Positions 38,101 to 51,925 are shown, counted from the whole stretch's first letter. The stretch is 63,935 nt of DNA, filler included, from Reclinomonas americana ATCC 50394 (GCA_048213135.1; 12 parts of 11 records of this genome joined end to end with filler, not necessarily neighbours in it), one strand, 5' to 3'. Numbers and translations: made by a program. Notes: generated by a model not told the origin, from the letters alone.

Positions 38101-41100
38101 AGAGATAACAGCAACACGCAACAAGCAGTCTCGTCAGCATCAGTTGCTCGTTGATGCTCAACTGCGAAGGACCACTGTTGTGGCTCTGGGAAACGCACAC
38201 AACGACTTGTTTAGATACACAGCTCTTGCATCATTCAGAAAAGCGAGGCAGACGTACCTTGCCTCTCGCGTCGACATCCTCATTCTCGCTGTCGTCATCA
38301 TCCTGCTGCCCTTCCTCCCCCTTCTCCTCCTTCTTCATCATCTCCAACTCTCTCCGAGCTGTGCCCGATTGTCAGTACGTGCACACATCGTGCAGCAATT
38401 GCAAAAGTCACGCAGCCAAACCTCGTTCAGTGCACCACTCGACAGCGCTTGCAATACCCACCTCGGAAAGAGAACCGTCTCGAAGCAGAGTGGCCAGCAG
38501 ACCTGGGCAGTTGCGAAGAGCATCCGCGGCCTGTGTGAAGAATGGCAAAAGAGGACTGTGCCTTTTGCGCATTATCCCAGGCAAGTTTGACGACTCCTGA
38601 CATCCGATTTTTCCGGAGCACAAAAAATGAGAAACCACAATCAAGCATAAACATCGCACAGAGAGCGCGAAAAAGCCGCACCTTCGAATGGCCGCGATCA
38701 TCCACCGCAACCACTGGCCTCTCAATGGCGTCCGCCAAAGCAGCGCCACGCAGTTCACTCTTCTGCACAGTGGCACATGCATTAGAGATGGTCTTCAGCT
38801 TGAGAGAGATGGACGCTGCTCACCTCCACAAAGTTGCTCATCAGCTGGAACACTCCCTCAACTGATCTGGGCGTCTTGTCGCGTACGTGTTGGGCGACTT
38901 GGCCAAGACCCTTGCCAAATGAGCTCACAACTGCCGTCGAAAGGCAGCCTGCTTTCGATGGAGGGATGCCACACTCCTTGCATGCCAAGTCAACAAGAGC
39001 GCGCTGGTGATGGCGGACGGTGGATCCCATCACGGTCGGTGCCATGATGCCGAATGCCGTCAGCAATATCTTCGACTTGTTGCAGCACTGCTCTTGTATG
39101 GAACACATCGTGGTGCAAAGAATCAATCGGCCAGACGACTGCCGAAGAAGGACATAAATGCAAACACACGCAACAAGAAGCCTTGCTAGCAACAGTTCTT
39201 CGTCCTTGCTCATTGTTGCAGCACCACTCTCTCGTCGCTGTGGACACGCATCATCAGATGCTGTCACAGTGTGCACAACCGCCACACCATCCATGGTCGT
39301 ACCTTGCTCCTTTCACCATCGCCCATGTCCTCGTCCTCATCGTCGTCCATTTCCTCCCTCGAATCATCCTTCTCCTCCTCCTCCTCTTTCATCTCTTCTT
39401 TTTTCATCACCTTCGCCTCCAGCAGAGCTGCATCTCACTTGTCAGTTCTGACCCCAAGCACGGTAGGACGTACTCGATGCCATCAGACCTCTTTTGCTGC
39501 ACCACTCGACGGCCCGTGCGATCTCTGCCTCGGAGAGACAGCCGTCTCGAATCAACGACGTTTGCAAGCCAGGACACTCCCGTAGTGCGTGCGCGGCTTG
39601 GGAGACGAGCGGCAGGAGACGGTCCGTGCTCCTCCCTTTACTCGCCGCCGTCTGCCATGACTCCTACAGCACGACCGACATCGTGGAAGATGCATGCAAG
39701 TCAACAACTCAACGCAGAAATACAAGAAGCACACAGTGAAAAATTGGCGCACCTCAGAATAACCACGTTCATCCACCACAATCAGTGGTCTCTCGATGGC
39801 ATTCGCCAGTGCGGCGCCGCGCAGTTCACTCTTCTGTGCAGTTGCACACGCATCGTTGTTGGCTCCCTTTCCAGTTATGTGTGAAAAAGATTGCACAGAC
39901 AGATACTCACCTCGATGAGCTTACTCATGCTCTGGAGCACTCCTGCAACTGATTTGGGTGTCTTGGCGCGTGCCTTTTGGACGAATAAACCAAGGCTCTT
40001 GCCGAATGAGTCCATGGCTGCAGGCGACGGAGAGCCAGCTCCTGATGAAGGAATGCCACACTCCTTACAGGCGAGTTCAGCGAGAACGTGCTGATGATAG
40101 AGGACGGCGTTTCCCTTCAGAATAGGTGCCATGATGCCGTATGCCATCACCAGTATCTTCTTCTTGTGGCATCGCTGTTCACAAACACAACGTAACAAGT
40201 GTTACGACAAGCATGCACACGGAAGAATCAATCACTCAGTCTTGGTAAGGTGCTGCGGACATGCACACGACACGCAACAAGCAGTCTGTCCAACACCATT
40301 CGCTCGTCCTTGCTCATCTCCGCATCAAACGCATGGCGACCACACTTGACCCGCTGCAAATGCACACGCAACGCGACATCCACAATCAACAAATCTGCCT
40401 CACCAACCACACAGACATTGTCTCATCTACCTTCTTCGCCTTTGATTCTTCTCCATCGTCACTGCCGGTCTCCACCTGCGGACACACAAGGCATCAACGC
40501 TCGACCGAGACTCGCACATTCGCTACAAGCCTCTCTTACTCATGCATTATTGCTGCGTACCTTGGTGTCATCATCTTCAAGCTTGACGGCATCCTTCTCT
40601 TCTTCCACATCCTTCTCCTCCTTCACCAGCAACTTCACATCATCAGATTCTGTGCTCTGCTGATCAATACCAGCGCATGCAACAGCAACAGCCGCACAAA
40701 ATTGCAGACCTTTCGATCGGCACCCAGCGACGGCGCGTGATATCCTGGCCTCAGAGAGGCGACTGTCTCGAAGCAGAGCAGTCATGAGACCATCGCACTC
40801 GCGCAGCGCATCCATGGCCTGTGTGGCAAACGGCAGAAGATGGTCCTTTCTGGTCTTGTTGGAGGGGCGCAAGATCTCCCACGATTCCTGTCACGTACAA
40901 GCCGTGTGAGCCAAGTCAACCGGCATGATCACAACTGCCACTGAAGGCCATGCGAAGCAAACGCACCTCCGAATAACCGCGCTCATCCACTTTTATAAGT
41001 GGTCTCACAACAGCATCCACCAGAGCCGCGCCACTGAGTTGGCTCATCTGCATAATGCAATCTTTCGGTCACATGTCACGGTCATTCACAGGCACACATG

Positions 41101-41858
41101 CTCACTCACCTCGATGTAGTTGCTCACGCTCTGGAGCACACCCTCCACTGACTTGGGCATCCTGCTTCGTGAATCACTGGCACTCGAGCCAAGACTCTTG
41201 CCGAAAGCACACTTGACAGCAGATGACGTGCGACCCAGCTCCGACAATGGAATCCCGCAGTCATCACGGGCAACCTCGAAGAGAACACTCTGATGGTGGA
41301 CGACTGTGTATCCGTGTACGATGGGTGCCATCAGGCCAAATGCCTTCACCAGGATCCTCTTCCGATTGCATTGCTGCGAGTGACACACGAAGAGATGAGG
41401 AGGAGGAGAGAGCCGGGTTGCCATGTTGACAAAGAGCAAGCACACGCAACAAGTAGCTTGTTAAACAGCAGCTTCTCGTCTGCGCTCAACTCTTCTGACT
41501 TTTTGGCAGCTTGACCCTTGCCACCCTGTGAAACCACGATGACACACAAGAACCAAATGCAGATCTACGAACAAGCACAACAATGTTCAGCGACAGAATA
41601 TCCACACCTTCTTCTTCTTCTTCTTTGGCGGTGCCAGCTCGTCATCGCTGGATGCATCCACCTGCAGACAACGAAGAGAAAACATCAGGTGTCAACTGCG
41701 ATGCACAAGCGAGAGGCAAGTTGAGACGCGCGCCTCATCGGAGCTCACCTCCAGAGAACGCTTGCGGGCTGATGCCTCTTCTGAGTCACGTGCAGGCAAG
41801 TCCTCACTGTGATCCACCAGAGACGAGTCGACTCGCTGTCCCCTCGCATGTTGCTGTT

Positions 41859-41915
<57 letters not shown>

Positions 41916-42277
41916 TAGTACGTAGNNNNNNNNNNNNNNNNNNNNNNNNNNNNNNNNNNNNNNNNNNNNTTAATTAATTAANNNNNNNNNNNNNNNNNNN
42001 NNNNNNNNNNNNNNNNNNNNNNNNNCCCCGACGCATTCTTCTTCTTCTCATCATCATCGTCATTGATGTTGATGAAGAGAGAGGAGGAGGAATGCGTCAT
42101 CACCGTCGTCATCACATGCTGCTTGCTGTCGACGAGCATCATGTCTGCTTTCTCATCGTCGCACGGAGCAGAGGCAGACATTGACAGCGAAGGAGTTGTT
42201 GTAGTTGTTGAGTGAGGGCGTGGAGGCGGAGGAGGAGGAGGAGGAGGAGGAGGAGGAGGAGGAGGTCGAGAGGCCAT
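35128..42277 (-). CDS. Uncharacterised multi-exon protein A: poly-Pro N-terminus, 6 tandem copies of a ~220-aa Cys/His-containing domain, poly-Glu tail
   Basis: Starts MASRPPPP. Repeat core CNRKRILVKAFGLMAP...HHQRVLFQLACDECGIP...PKSVEGVL..VSNFIE ends at ~41110, 39910, 38823, 37782, 36726 and 35688. Ends EEEEDM-stop. The model crosses one contig linker. Confidence 0.75.
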
Positions 42278-43468
42278 TTGTGTGTGTCTTTGTTGTTGTT
42301 TCTCGCACACACGCGCGCACTGCGTGATGCAAGAAACGAAGAGAGAGAGAGAATGAAGATTCGTTGATCCGAACAGCAAAGATGAAAAGGTGACAAGTCG
42401 TGATGTGACGGGCGAAAGAGGATGAGTGTTAAGGGAAAAGGGGAAGGAGGAACTGGGCAACGTTGGGTGCATCGTCAACTGCGATTGTTCTCCACGAGCA
42501 ACACATGCATGTCTCTTTGTTTCGGACCTCTTCTGGAGAGAACATAGATCACGGAAAGGTGATGCTGAGATGATGATGGACAATAACTCCACACAGGGCA
42601 CAACAGCGCACGTGAGCAGCTGCATCATGGCGGCATCACCTCGATGGACACCGAGGAAGAGCCTCATCAGATACATGAGAAGGTCTCGATCTCTGCGATG
42701 CAGCTGAAAACCAGAACCTCGATCGTCATCGAAACTGCATTCCAAGCGCACCCGTTGAGATGGTGTCAAGTGCAGGTGCAGGAGTATTCACAAAGCAGCA
42801 CCTCCTTCTCCTTCAAATTCGAACCACATGCACGAGTCATCTGCACAATCTCGTGGTGGGGTACTCCCGTCCCCGCAGCTGCTGGTGGGCCAACATACAC
42901 CAACGATGTGCTGCTCTGCCGCTACCATGAACACAGAAGAAGCACGTGTCGTTGGTTACCAATCTGGCTGGACATGGTCAACAAGACAGCCATTCTCGTG
43001 TTTGTTGTTGCTGAGAGTGAGCAACACGCACGAATACAAATGGATGCCCCGGGGCGACTGCACCAACAATACCATGATGGCCCCAATTTCCAATCATTCT
43101 TCATTCGTCTTGCTGCCCCTCCTGCGACAACAACAACAGCAGTCAGCAGCATGAAGACAAGACTCTCATGCAGAGTCAATCCCGCACAGCACAAGGCAAC
43201 CTCTCAATTAAGCAGTGTCCCCCTTGGTGCACTGTGTTTCTGCTTTTGTCTTCTTCTTCCCCGACAAGCTCCATCGATCTCACAAACAACATGCATGTGT
43301 TGCCTGCCAAGTGAAACATTTCTCCCTCTCTCACTCATCCGTCCGGCTGCCCCTCATTCCCACACCCTCGCCACTCACCGATGCAGGCATGCCACTTTCC
43401 ATCAACAGCAGTGGCATGCCCTGCAAGTCCAGCTCCTCCTCCATCACCACCACTCTGAATTTCTTGCT

Positions 43469-46400
43469 CTACATGTCCTCGTCCTCCTCCTCCTCCTCCT
43501 CCTCCTCCTCCTCCTCCTCCTCCTCCTCCTCCTCCTCCTCCTCCTCCTCCGCTTCCTCCTCTTCTTTCTTCACCACCTCCATCTTCACCGGTTTCTCGTC
43601 ATCCAGCACTGCATCACGCATGTCAGTGCGGTCGTCAGGGTGACATGCAACAACAACCAGGTGCTCTCAGATAGTTGCACTTGGTGCACTCACCGGCACG
43701 CTCAATCTCCTCCTTCGAAAGGCAACCATTTCGAAGCAGAGTGGCCAGCAAGCCAGGACAGGTGCGAAGCATATGCATGGCCTGTGTGACAAACGGCAGA
43801 AGAAGATTTTGGTTGCCGTTCTTCGGTAACTCTGCTGACTCCTGCCACCCGAAAAACGAGAAAGTGAGTCAAGAGTCATTGATACACAGAACCACACATT
43901 GTGAGACATGCCTCAGAGTAGCCACGCTCGTCAATCACAATCGGTGGTCTCTCGACAGCATCCACCAGCTCAGCTCCTCGAAGTCCACTCTTCTGATGGC
44001 GACATCCACGTCGAAGTCGAGTCAGGTGTCACGCACATAACAATCGGAAGGAAACTGAAACACCACACAGACACTCGCCTCGATGAAGCTGCTTACGCTC
44101 TCGAGCACACCCTCCACTGACTTGGGCGTCGTGCCGCGTGCCGTGTTGGCAGTATTGGAAAGGCAATTGCAAATTGCTGACATGACTGCGGATGAGGGGC
44201 AGCCTGGTCCCTTCGTCGGTATTCCGCATCCGTCACAAGCAAGTTGGAAGAGAAGGCGCTGATGATGCAAGACTGTGGATCTCATCACCACAGGTGCCAT
44301 GAAGCCGAATGCCTTCACCAGTATCCTCTTCCTGTTGCACCTCTGCTCTCGAGAGATAGACGGGTGGATGAAAGTGAGGAGCTTATGACAGCAATGTCGG
44401 CGATACAAAGAACACGCAACAAGCAATCTCGCCAGCATCAATTGCTCGCTGATGCTCGAATTCGCAGAATCAATCTTGCGGCGCTGTGAAACACAAGCCA
44501 CGCAGTATTAAGACGTACCTCTCGCATCTCACTGAAGAGAGCGTCGGGCGTACCTTCTTTCCCTTCGCGTCATCGTCCTCATTGTACATGTCGCTGCCGT
44601 CACCATCCACCTCCCTCTCCTCCTCTTTCTTCACCATCTCCATCTCCCTGACGACTGGTCATTTGCTTGTTAGCACATACATGCACAGTGCAGCAATGAA
44701 AGTCAGGCAGCCAAACCTCTTTCACTGCACCACTCGACGGCGCGTGCAATCTCCGCCTGCGGAAGGCAGCCGTCCCGCAGCAGAGTGACCAGCAGATCTG
44801 GACAGCTGCGCAGAGCCTGCATGGCCTGCGTGGTGAATGGCAGACGAACATTTGAAGGGCCTCGCTTCTGCGATTTTGCTGCTGATTTCTACCATCCGAG
44901 CCACATCAATGTGAGCCAGCTTTCAATGACGCACATCAGCAAACACACAATTTCACACGCACCTCAGAGTAGCCACGCTCGTCAATCACAATCAGCGGTC
45001 TCTCGACAGCATTCACAAGCTCAGCTCCCCGAAGTCCGCTCTTCTGATGGTGACATCCACGTCAAAGTCGAGTCAGGTGCCACGCACACAACAATCGGAA
45101 GGACACTGAAACAACACACCGACACTCACCTCGATGAAATTGCTCACACTCTTCAGCACACACTCCACCGACTTGGACATCTCGCAGCGTGCCGTGTTGG
45201 CACTCCTGGCAAGACTTTTGCCAAATGCAGACAAGACTGCGACTAGAGGGCAGCCTGGTCCCTTCGACGGTATTCCGCATTCGTCGCAGGCAAGTTGGAG
45301 GAGAGCACGCGGATGATGGAGGACTGTGGACGGCAGCACCACAGGTGCCATGAGGCCGAATGCCTTCACCAGCATCCTCTTCTTGTTGCAACCCTGCTCC
45401 AAGATGTGGTTGGCAGATGGGAGTGACAGCATTGTCGGCGACAAGCATAGAGATAACAGCAACACGCAACAAGCAGTTTCGCCAGCATCAATTGCTCGTT
45501 GATGCTCAGCTGCGCAGGACCACTCTTGCGGCGCTGTGGAGGGCAATCACGACAGAGTTCGGACACGCACCTGTCTCGCATCTAACGGAAACGGGCGATG
45601 GGGGCGTACCTTGCCATTGTCCTCGTCCACCTGCTCATCCTCCCACTTCTCTTCTTTCTTCACCATCTCCAACTTCCGCAGAGCTGTTCAGTTGCTTGTG
45701 AGCACATGCATTATCCAGCCACGAAGCCAAGCAGCCAGACCTCTGTCACTGCACCACTTGACGGCACGCGCAATCTCCGCCTCGGACAGACAGCCATCTC
45801 GGAGTAGTGTGGACAGCAGACCAGGGCAGTAATGGAGAGCCTCCACGGCCTGTGTGACATATGGCAGAAAGGGACTCTGCTTGTTGCGCAAAGCCCTCGG
45901 CAAGCGCGATGACTCCTGACAACCGAATTCCAGAGCACAGAATGTGAGAAAGCATCATTACAGACATACAACGTACACAGAGCGCAAGGCGGGCATACCT
46001 CCGAAAAGCCGCGTTCATCCACCAAAACCACAGGTCTCTCAATGGCGTCCGTCAGGGCAGCACCACGCAATTCACTCTTCTGCATAATGGCACATACATA
46101 GCGTTGATCATGGATCGAATCGGTCGAGTAATATAGACGCTGCGCACCTCGATAAAGTCGCTCATCATCTGAAGTACTCCCTCAACAGACTTGGGCGTTC
46201 TGGCGCGTGCCCCTTCGACGACACCGACAAAACACTTGCAGCATGAGCTCACCACTGCCGACGACAGACAATTTGCTTTCGATGGAGGGATGCCACACTC
46301 CTTGCATGCCAGGTCAAAAAGAACACGCTGATGATGGCGGACGGTGGATCTCATCACCATCAGTGCCATGATGCCAAAGGCCTTCACCAGTATCTTCTTC

Positions 46401-49358
46401 TTGTTGCAGCACTGCTCCCGCATGGAACACATCAGTCACTCAATCAGCCAGACGACTGCCAGAGAAGGACATAAATGCAAACACACGCAACAAGAAGCCT
46501 TGCTAGCAACAGTTCTTCGTCCTTGCTCATTGTTGCAGCACCACTCTCTCGTCGCTGTGGACACGCATCATCAGATGCTGTCACAGTGTGCACAACCGCC
46601 ACACCATCCATGGTCGTACCTTGCTCCTTTCACCATCGCCCATGTCCTCGTCCTCATCGTCGTCCATTTCCTCCCTCGAATCATCCTTCTCCTCCTCCTC
46701 CTCTTTCATCTCTTCTTTTTTCATCACCTTCGCCTCCAGCAGAGCTGCATCTCACTTGTCAGTTCTGACCCCAAGCACGGTAGGACGTACTCGATGCCAT
46801 CAGACCTCTTTTGCTGCACCACTCGACGGCGCGTGCAATCTCCGCCTCGGAGACACAGCCGTCTCGAATCAGCGACACTTGCAAGCCAGGACACTCACGC
46901 AGGGCCTGCGCGGCCTGGGAGACGAGCGGCAGGAGACGGTCCGTGCTCCTCCCTTTACTCGCCGCCGTCTGTCATGACTCCTACAGCACGACCGACATCG
47001 TGGAAGAAGCACGTAAGTCAACAACTCAAAAAGCAGAAATACAAGAAGCGCACAGTGAAAAGTTGGCGCACCTCAGAATGGCCACGTTCATCCACCACAA
47101 TCAGTGGTCTCTCAATGGCGTCCACAAGAGCAGCACCATGCAGTTCACTCTTCTGTGCAGTTGCACATGCATCGTTGTTGGCTCACTTTCCAGATATGTG
47201 TGAAATAGATTGCACAAACAGATACTCACCTCGATGAACGCGCTCATGCTCTGAAGTACTCCCTCAACGGACTTGGGTGTGTTGGCGCGTGCACTTTGGA
47301 CAAACAAACCAAGGCTCTTGCTGAATGAGGCCATGACTACGGAAGACGGAGAGCCAGCTCCTGACGAAGGGATCTCGCACTCCTTGCAGGCGAGTTCAGC
47401 GAGAACGCGCTGATGATGCCAGACTGCAGATCGCATCACAACAGGCGCCATGATGCCGTATGCCATCACCAGTATCTTCCTCTTGTTGCACAGCTGATCA
47501 TGCACACACGCACGAAGCAGGTGTTATGAAAGGCAAGCACATGGCAGAGTGCAATCAATCTGCCACGCTGAGGTATCGTGGGACATGCAAACGCAACAAG
47601 CAGACTGTCCAAGATCATTCGCTCGTCCTTGCTCATCTCCGCATCATAGACATTGCGACCACTCTTGACCCGCTGCAAATGCACACGCAACGCGACATCC
47701 ACAATCAGCAAGCCTGCCTCACCAACCATACACAGACATTGATATCGTCTTACCTTGCTCGGCTTCGATTCTTCGTCACTGTCACTGCCGGTCTCCACCT
47801 GCGGACACACAAGGCATCAACGCTTGACCGAGACTCGCACATTCGCTACAAGCCTCTCTTACTCATGCACTATTGCTGCGTACCTTGGTGTCATAGTCTT
47901 CAAGCTTGACAGCATCCTTCTCTTCTTCCACATCCTTCTCCTCCTTCATCACCATCTTCTCATCGCCAGATCCTGCGTGGTGCTCATCAACACCAGTGCA
48001 AGCAACACTAACTGCCACTTGAGATCGCAGACCTTTCGCATGGTACCAAGCGACGGCGCGTGATATCCTGGCCTCAGAGAGGCGACTGTCTCGAAGCAGA
48101 GCAGTCATGAGACCGTCGCACTCGCGCAACGCATCCATGGTCTGCTTGACAAACGGCTGAAGATTGTCTTTCTTAGCTTTGCTGTTCGGTGCAAGTCTCT
48201 CCCACGATTCCTGTCACAAGCAAGCCGAGTGAACGAAGATTAGTCGATATGATCGCAACACACGCAGAAAATCATGCTTCACAAACTTACCTCCGAATAA
48301 CCGCGCTCATCCACTTTTATAAGTGGTCTCTCAACAGCATCCACCAGAGCCGCGCCAACTAGCTGGCTCATCTGAAGGATTGCAATCATTTGCATGTCGG
48401 TTCACATGCCACGGTCGTTTCAGGCATACATGCTTGCTCACCTCGATGTAGTTGCTCACTCGCTGGAGCACACCTTCCACTGACTTGGGCGTTTTGGTGC
48501 GTGAACGGTTGGCAGTCCCGCCAAGTCTCTTGCCGAATGCACACTTGACGGGAGACGACGTGCGACTCTGCTCCGACAACGGAATCCCGCACTCGTCACA
48601 GGCCAGCTCAAAGAGAACACTCTGATGGTGAATGACTGTGGATCCTTGGACAATAGGCGCCATTATCCCGAATGCATTCAGCAGAATCCTCTTCCGATTG
48701 CATCGCTGCGAGTGACACGAAGAACAGTGAGTGCGACGAGGAGATGGGTTGCAATGATGTGCATGCACACGCAACAAGCAGCCTGTTCAGCAACAGCTTC
48801 TCGTTGGCGCTCAACTCCTCTGGCTCTTTCGCAGCTTGACTCTGGCCACCCTGTGAATCCACGATGACAAAAGAGAACCAAATGCAGATCTACGAACAAG
48901 CATAACAATGTTCAGCGACAGAAAATCCACACCTTCGTCTTCTTCTTTGGCGGTGCCAGCTCGTCGTCGCTGGATGCATCCACCTGTGGAGAATGAAGAG
49001 AAACATCAGGTGCAAACTGCGATGCACGAGCGAGAGGCAAGCTGAGACGCGTGTCACATCGAAGCTCACCTCCAGAGAACGCTTGCGGACCGATGTCTCG
49101 ACTGAGTCACGTGAAGGCAAGTCCTCACTGTGATCCACCGGAGACGAGTCAACTCGCAGTCTTCTCGCACGTTGCTGTGCAATCAATCAAAAGAAAGAGA
49201 TGGCCAGTGAGAGGCATGCATATCTTGGGATGACACACAATCACTGTACCTCGACGATGCCTTCCATCGCCGTGTGTTCCATGTGCTCCTGGTGAGCAGC
49301 TGCGTGCATGCACCGTCCAGGTAAGGCACTACGAGACACGAGAGCACCAAAAGCAGTG

Positions 49359-49437
<79 letters not shown>

Positions 49438-50234
49438 GAGACGACGACGACGACGACGTACGTACGTACGTACGNNNNNNNNNNNNNNNNNNNNNNNNNN
49501 NNNNNNNNNNNNNNNNNNTTAATTAATTAANNNNNNNNNNNNNNNNNNNNNNNNNNNNNNNNNNNNNNNNNNNNAGAAGAAGAAGAAGAAGAGAAGAAGA
49601 AGGAGGAGGAGGAAAAGAAGGAGGAGGAGGAGAAGAAGAGGAGGAGGAAGAGAGAGAGAGAGCATGACACACTCTCTATCATCATCACCCAGCATCACCT
49701 TGAGAGGAAAACAGATGTGAAGCTCAACACAGCCACACAGACACACAGAGGGAGGCAGAGCGAGCATGCACACCTGTGGCCACATGAAGGGCACATAGAG
49801 TACAACGGCATCACAAGTGCACCAGGCACAAAGAGAGAGATGAAGTCCACATACACACACACACACACACACACACCTTTCTCGGCAGTGACACTGGTGG
49901 TGGTGACGGAGGTGGAAGAAGAAGAATAAGAGGAGGCAGGCACTCGTCGCCTCGCCATCGCAGGTACACCACGATGAGCAGACGATCCCGATGATGCGCT
50001 CTTCTTCTTCTTCTCATCATCATCATCACACCCGTTGATGGAGGGAGAGGAGGAATGCATCATCATCATCGTCGGCGTCGTCACATGCTGCTTGCTGTCG
50101 ATGAGCATCACGTCTGCTTTCTCATCGTAGTCGCACGGAGACGAGGCAGACATTGGCAGAGAAGGAGTTGTTGTTGTTGTTGTTGTTGAGTGAGGGCGTG
50201 GTGGAGGAGGTGGAGGAGGAGGGCGAGAGGCCAT
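43469..50234 (-). CDS. Uncharacterised multi-exon protein B, tandem paralog of A with 5 copies of the same domain
   Basis: Same MASRPPPP start and EEEEDM-stop. Repeat cores end at ~48442, 47231, 46149, 45131 and 44079. Flanking non-coding sequence is homologous to that of gene A. Confidence 0.75.
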
Positions 50235-51037
50235 TTGCGTGTGTCTTTGTTGTTATTTCACACACACGCGCGCGCTGCGTGATGCAAGAAATGAAGAGAG
50301 TAAAAGAAGATTCGTGGATCCCAGCAAGATGAAAAGGCGACAAGTCGTGATGTGCAGCGAGGAGTGTGGTGGATGGGGGGATGGTAAAAGGGGGAAGGAA
50401 AGGGAGAAAGAGAGAGAGAAACCTGTTCTCACACGTGCACGGNNNNNNNNNNNNNNNNNNNNNNNNNNNNNNNNNNNNNNNNNNNNNNNNNNNNNNNNNN
50501 NNNNNNNNNNNNNNNNNNNNNNNNNNNNNNNNNNNNNNNNNNNNNNNNNNNNNNNNNNNNNNNNNNNNNNNNNNNNNNNNNNNNNNNNNNNNNNNNNNNN
50601 NNNNNNNNNNNNNNNNNNNNNNNNNNNNNNNNNNNNNNNNNNNNNNNNNNNNNNNNNNNNNNNNNNNNNNNNNNNNNNNNNNNNNNNNNNNNNNNNNNNN
50701 NNNNNNNNNNNNNNNNNNNNNNNNNNNNNNNNNNNNNNNNNNNNNNNNNNNNNNNNNNNNNNNNNNNNNNNNNNNNNNNNNNNNNNNNNNNNNNNNNNNN
50801 NNNNNNNNNNNNNNNNNNNNNNNNNNNNNNNNNNNNNNNNNNNNNNNNNNNNNNNNNNNNNNNNNNNNNNNNNNNNNNNNNNNNNNNNNNNNNNNNNNNN
50901 NNNNNNNNNNNNNNNNNNNNNNNNNNNNNNNNNNNNNNNNNNNNNNNNNNNNNNNNNNNNNNNNNNNNNNNNNNNNNNNNNNNNNNNNNNNNNNNNNNNN
51001 NNNNNNNNNNNNNNNNNNNNNNNNNNNNNNNNNNNNG

Positions 51038-51925
51038 GGAGAATGGTAGGAGAAGAAGAAAGGCGATTACTGGTTGCAATACAGGTTACAGTGTGCTGCG
51101 ATTGTCCTTGCTCCTCTCCTCTTCTCTCACACACATGGAGCCACAATCGCTCTTTGTGCGCAGCATTCAACCTGTACTCGCCCGCAAACAGGCTCGCAAA
51201 CGACTGCTGAGTGCACTCTTTGCCAGTGTGCGACGTGCAAGTGAGGCCGTCTGTGCGATTGTTGAGCAGCAGCGGAGAGGCGGCGGAGAAGGCGAAGGAG
51301 ATGGAGAAGAAGGGGAGGAGAATGGGGAGAGAATGGTAGGAGAAGAATACAGCGATTAGTGATTAATACAGGTGTACAGTGTGCTGCGATTGTCCTTTGC
51401 TCCTCTTCTCCTGTCTCTCACATGGAGCCACAATCGCTCTTTGTGCGCAGCATTCAACCTGTACTTGCACGCAAACAGGCTCGCAAACGACTGCTGAGTG
51501 CACTCTTTGCCAGTGTGCGACGCGCGAGTGAGGCTGTGTGTGCGATTGTTGAGCAGCAGCGGAGAGGCGGAGAAGGCGATGGAGATGGAGAAGAAGGGGA
51601 GGAGAATGGGGGGGAGAGTGGCAGGAGAAGAATAAAGGCGATTACTGGTTACAATACAGGAGCAATCAATGTACAGTGCTGCGATTGTCTCCTCTCTTCT
51701 CCTTTCTCACACATGGAGCCACAATCGCTCTTTGTGCGCAGCATTCAACCTGTACTTGCACGCAAACAGGCTCGCAAACGACTGCTGAGTGCACTCTTTG
51801 CCAGTGTGCGACGCGCGAGTGAGGCCGTCTGTGCGATTGTTGAGCAGCAGCGGAGAGGCGGCGGAGAAGGCGATGAAGGAGATGGAGAAGAAGGGGAGGA
51901 GAATGGGGGGAGAATGGTAGGAGAA
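51038..51925 (+). repeat. Three tandem ~290-bp copies containing the start codon and first ~60 codons (MEPQSLFVRSIQPVLARKQ...) of the downstream gene
   Basis: ATGs at 51135, 51422 and 51713, each followed by near-identical sequence. Confidence 0.9.

Noticed and set aside
38408..38410. In-frame TGA after GLAA in a repeat unit, suggesting stop recoding or pseudogenisation
   Set aside because: It lies inside a predicted short GT-AG intron with a CTGAC branch point. Splicing restores the frame.
35128..48850. Regular ~1-kb repeats as a CRISPR array, satellite or transposon array
   Set aside because: The units are diverged protein-coding exon/intron modules with no repeat-spacer structure, terminal repeats or transposase motifs.
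49434..49474. ACGT/TACG-type short repeats at contig ends (also ~13830-13850, ~41911-41925)
   Set aside because: They occur only next to microsatellites at gap edges, consistent with low-quality pyrosequencing-style read-end noise.
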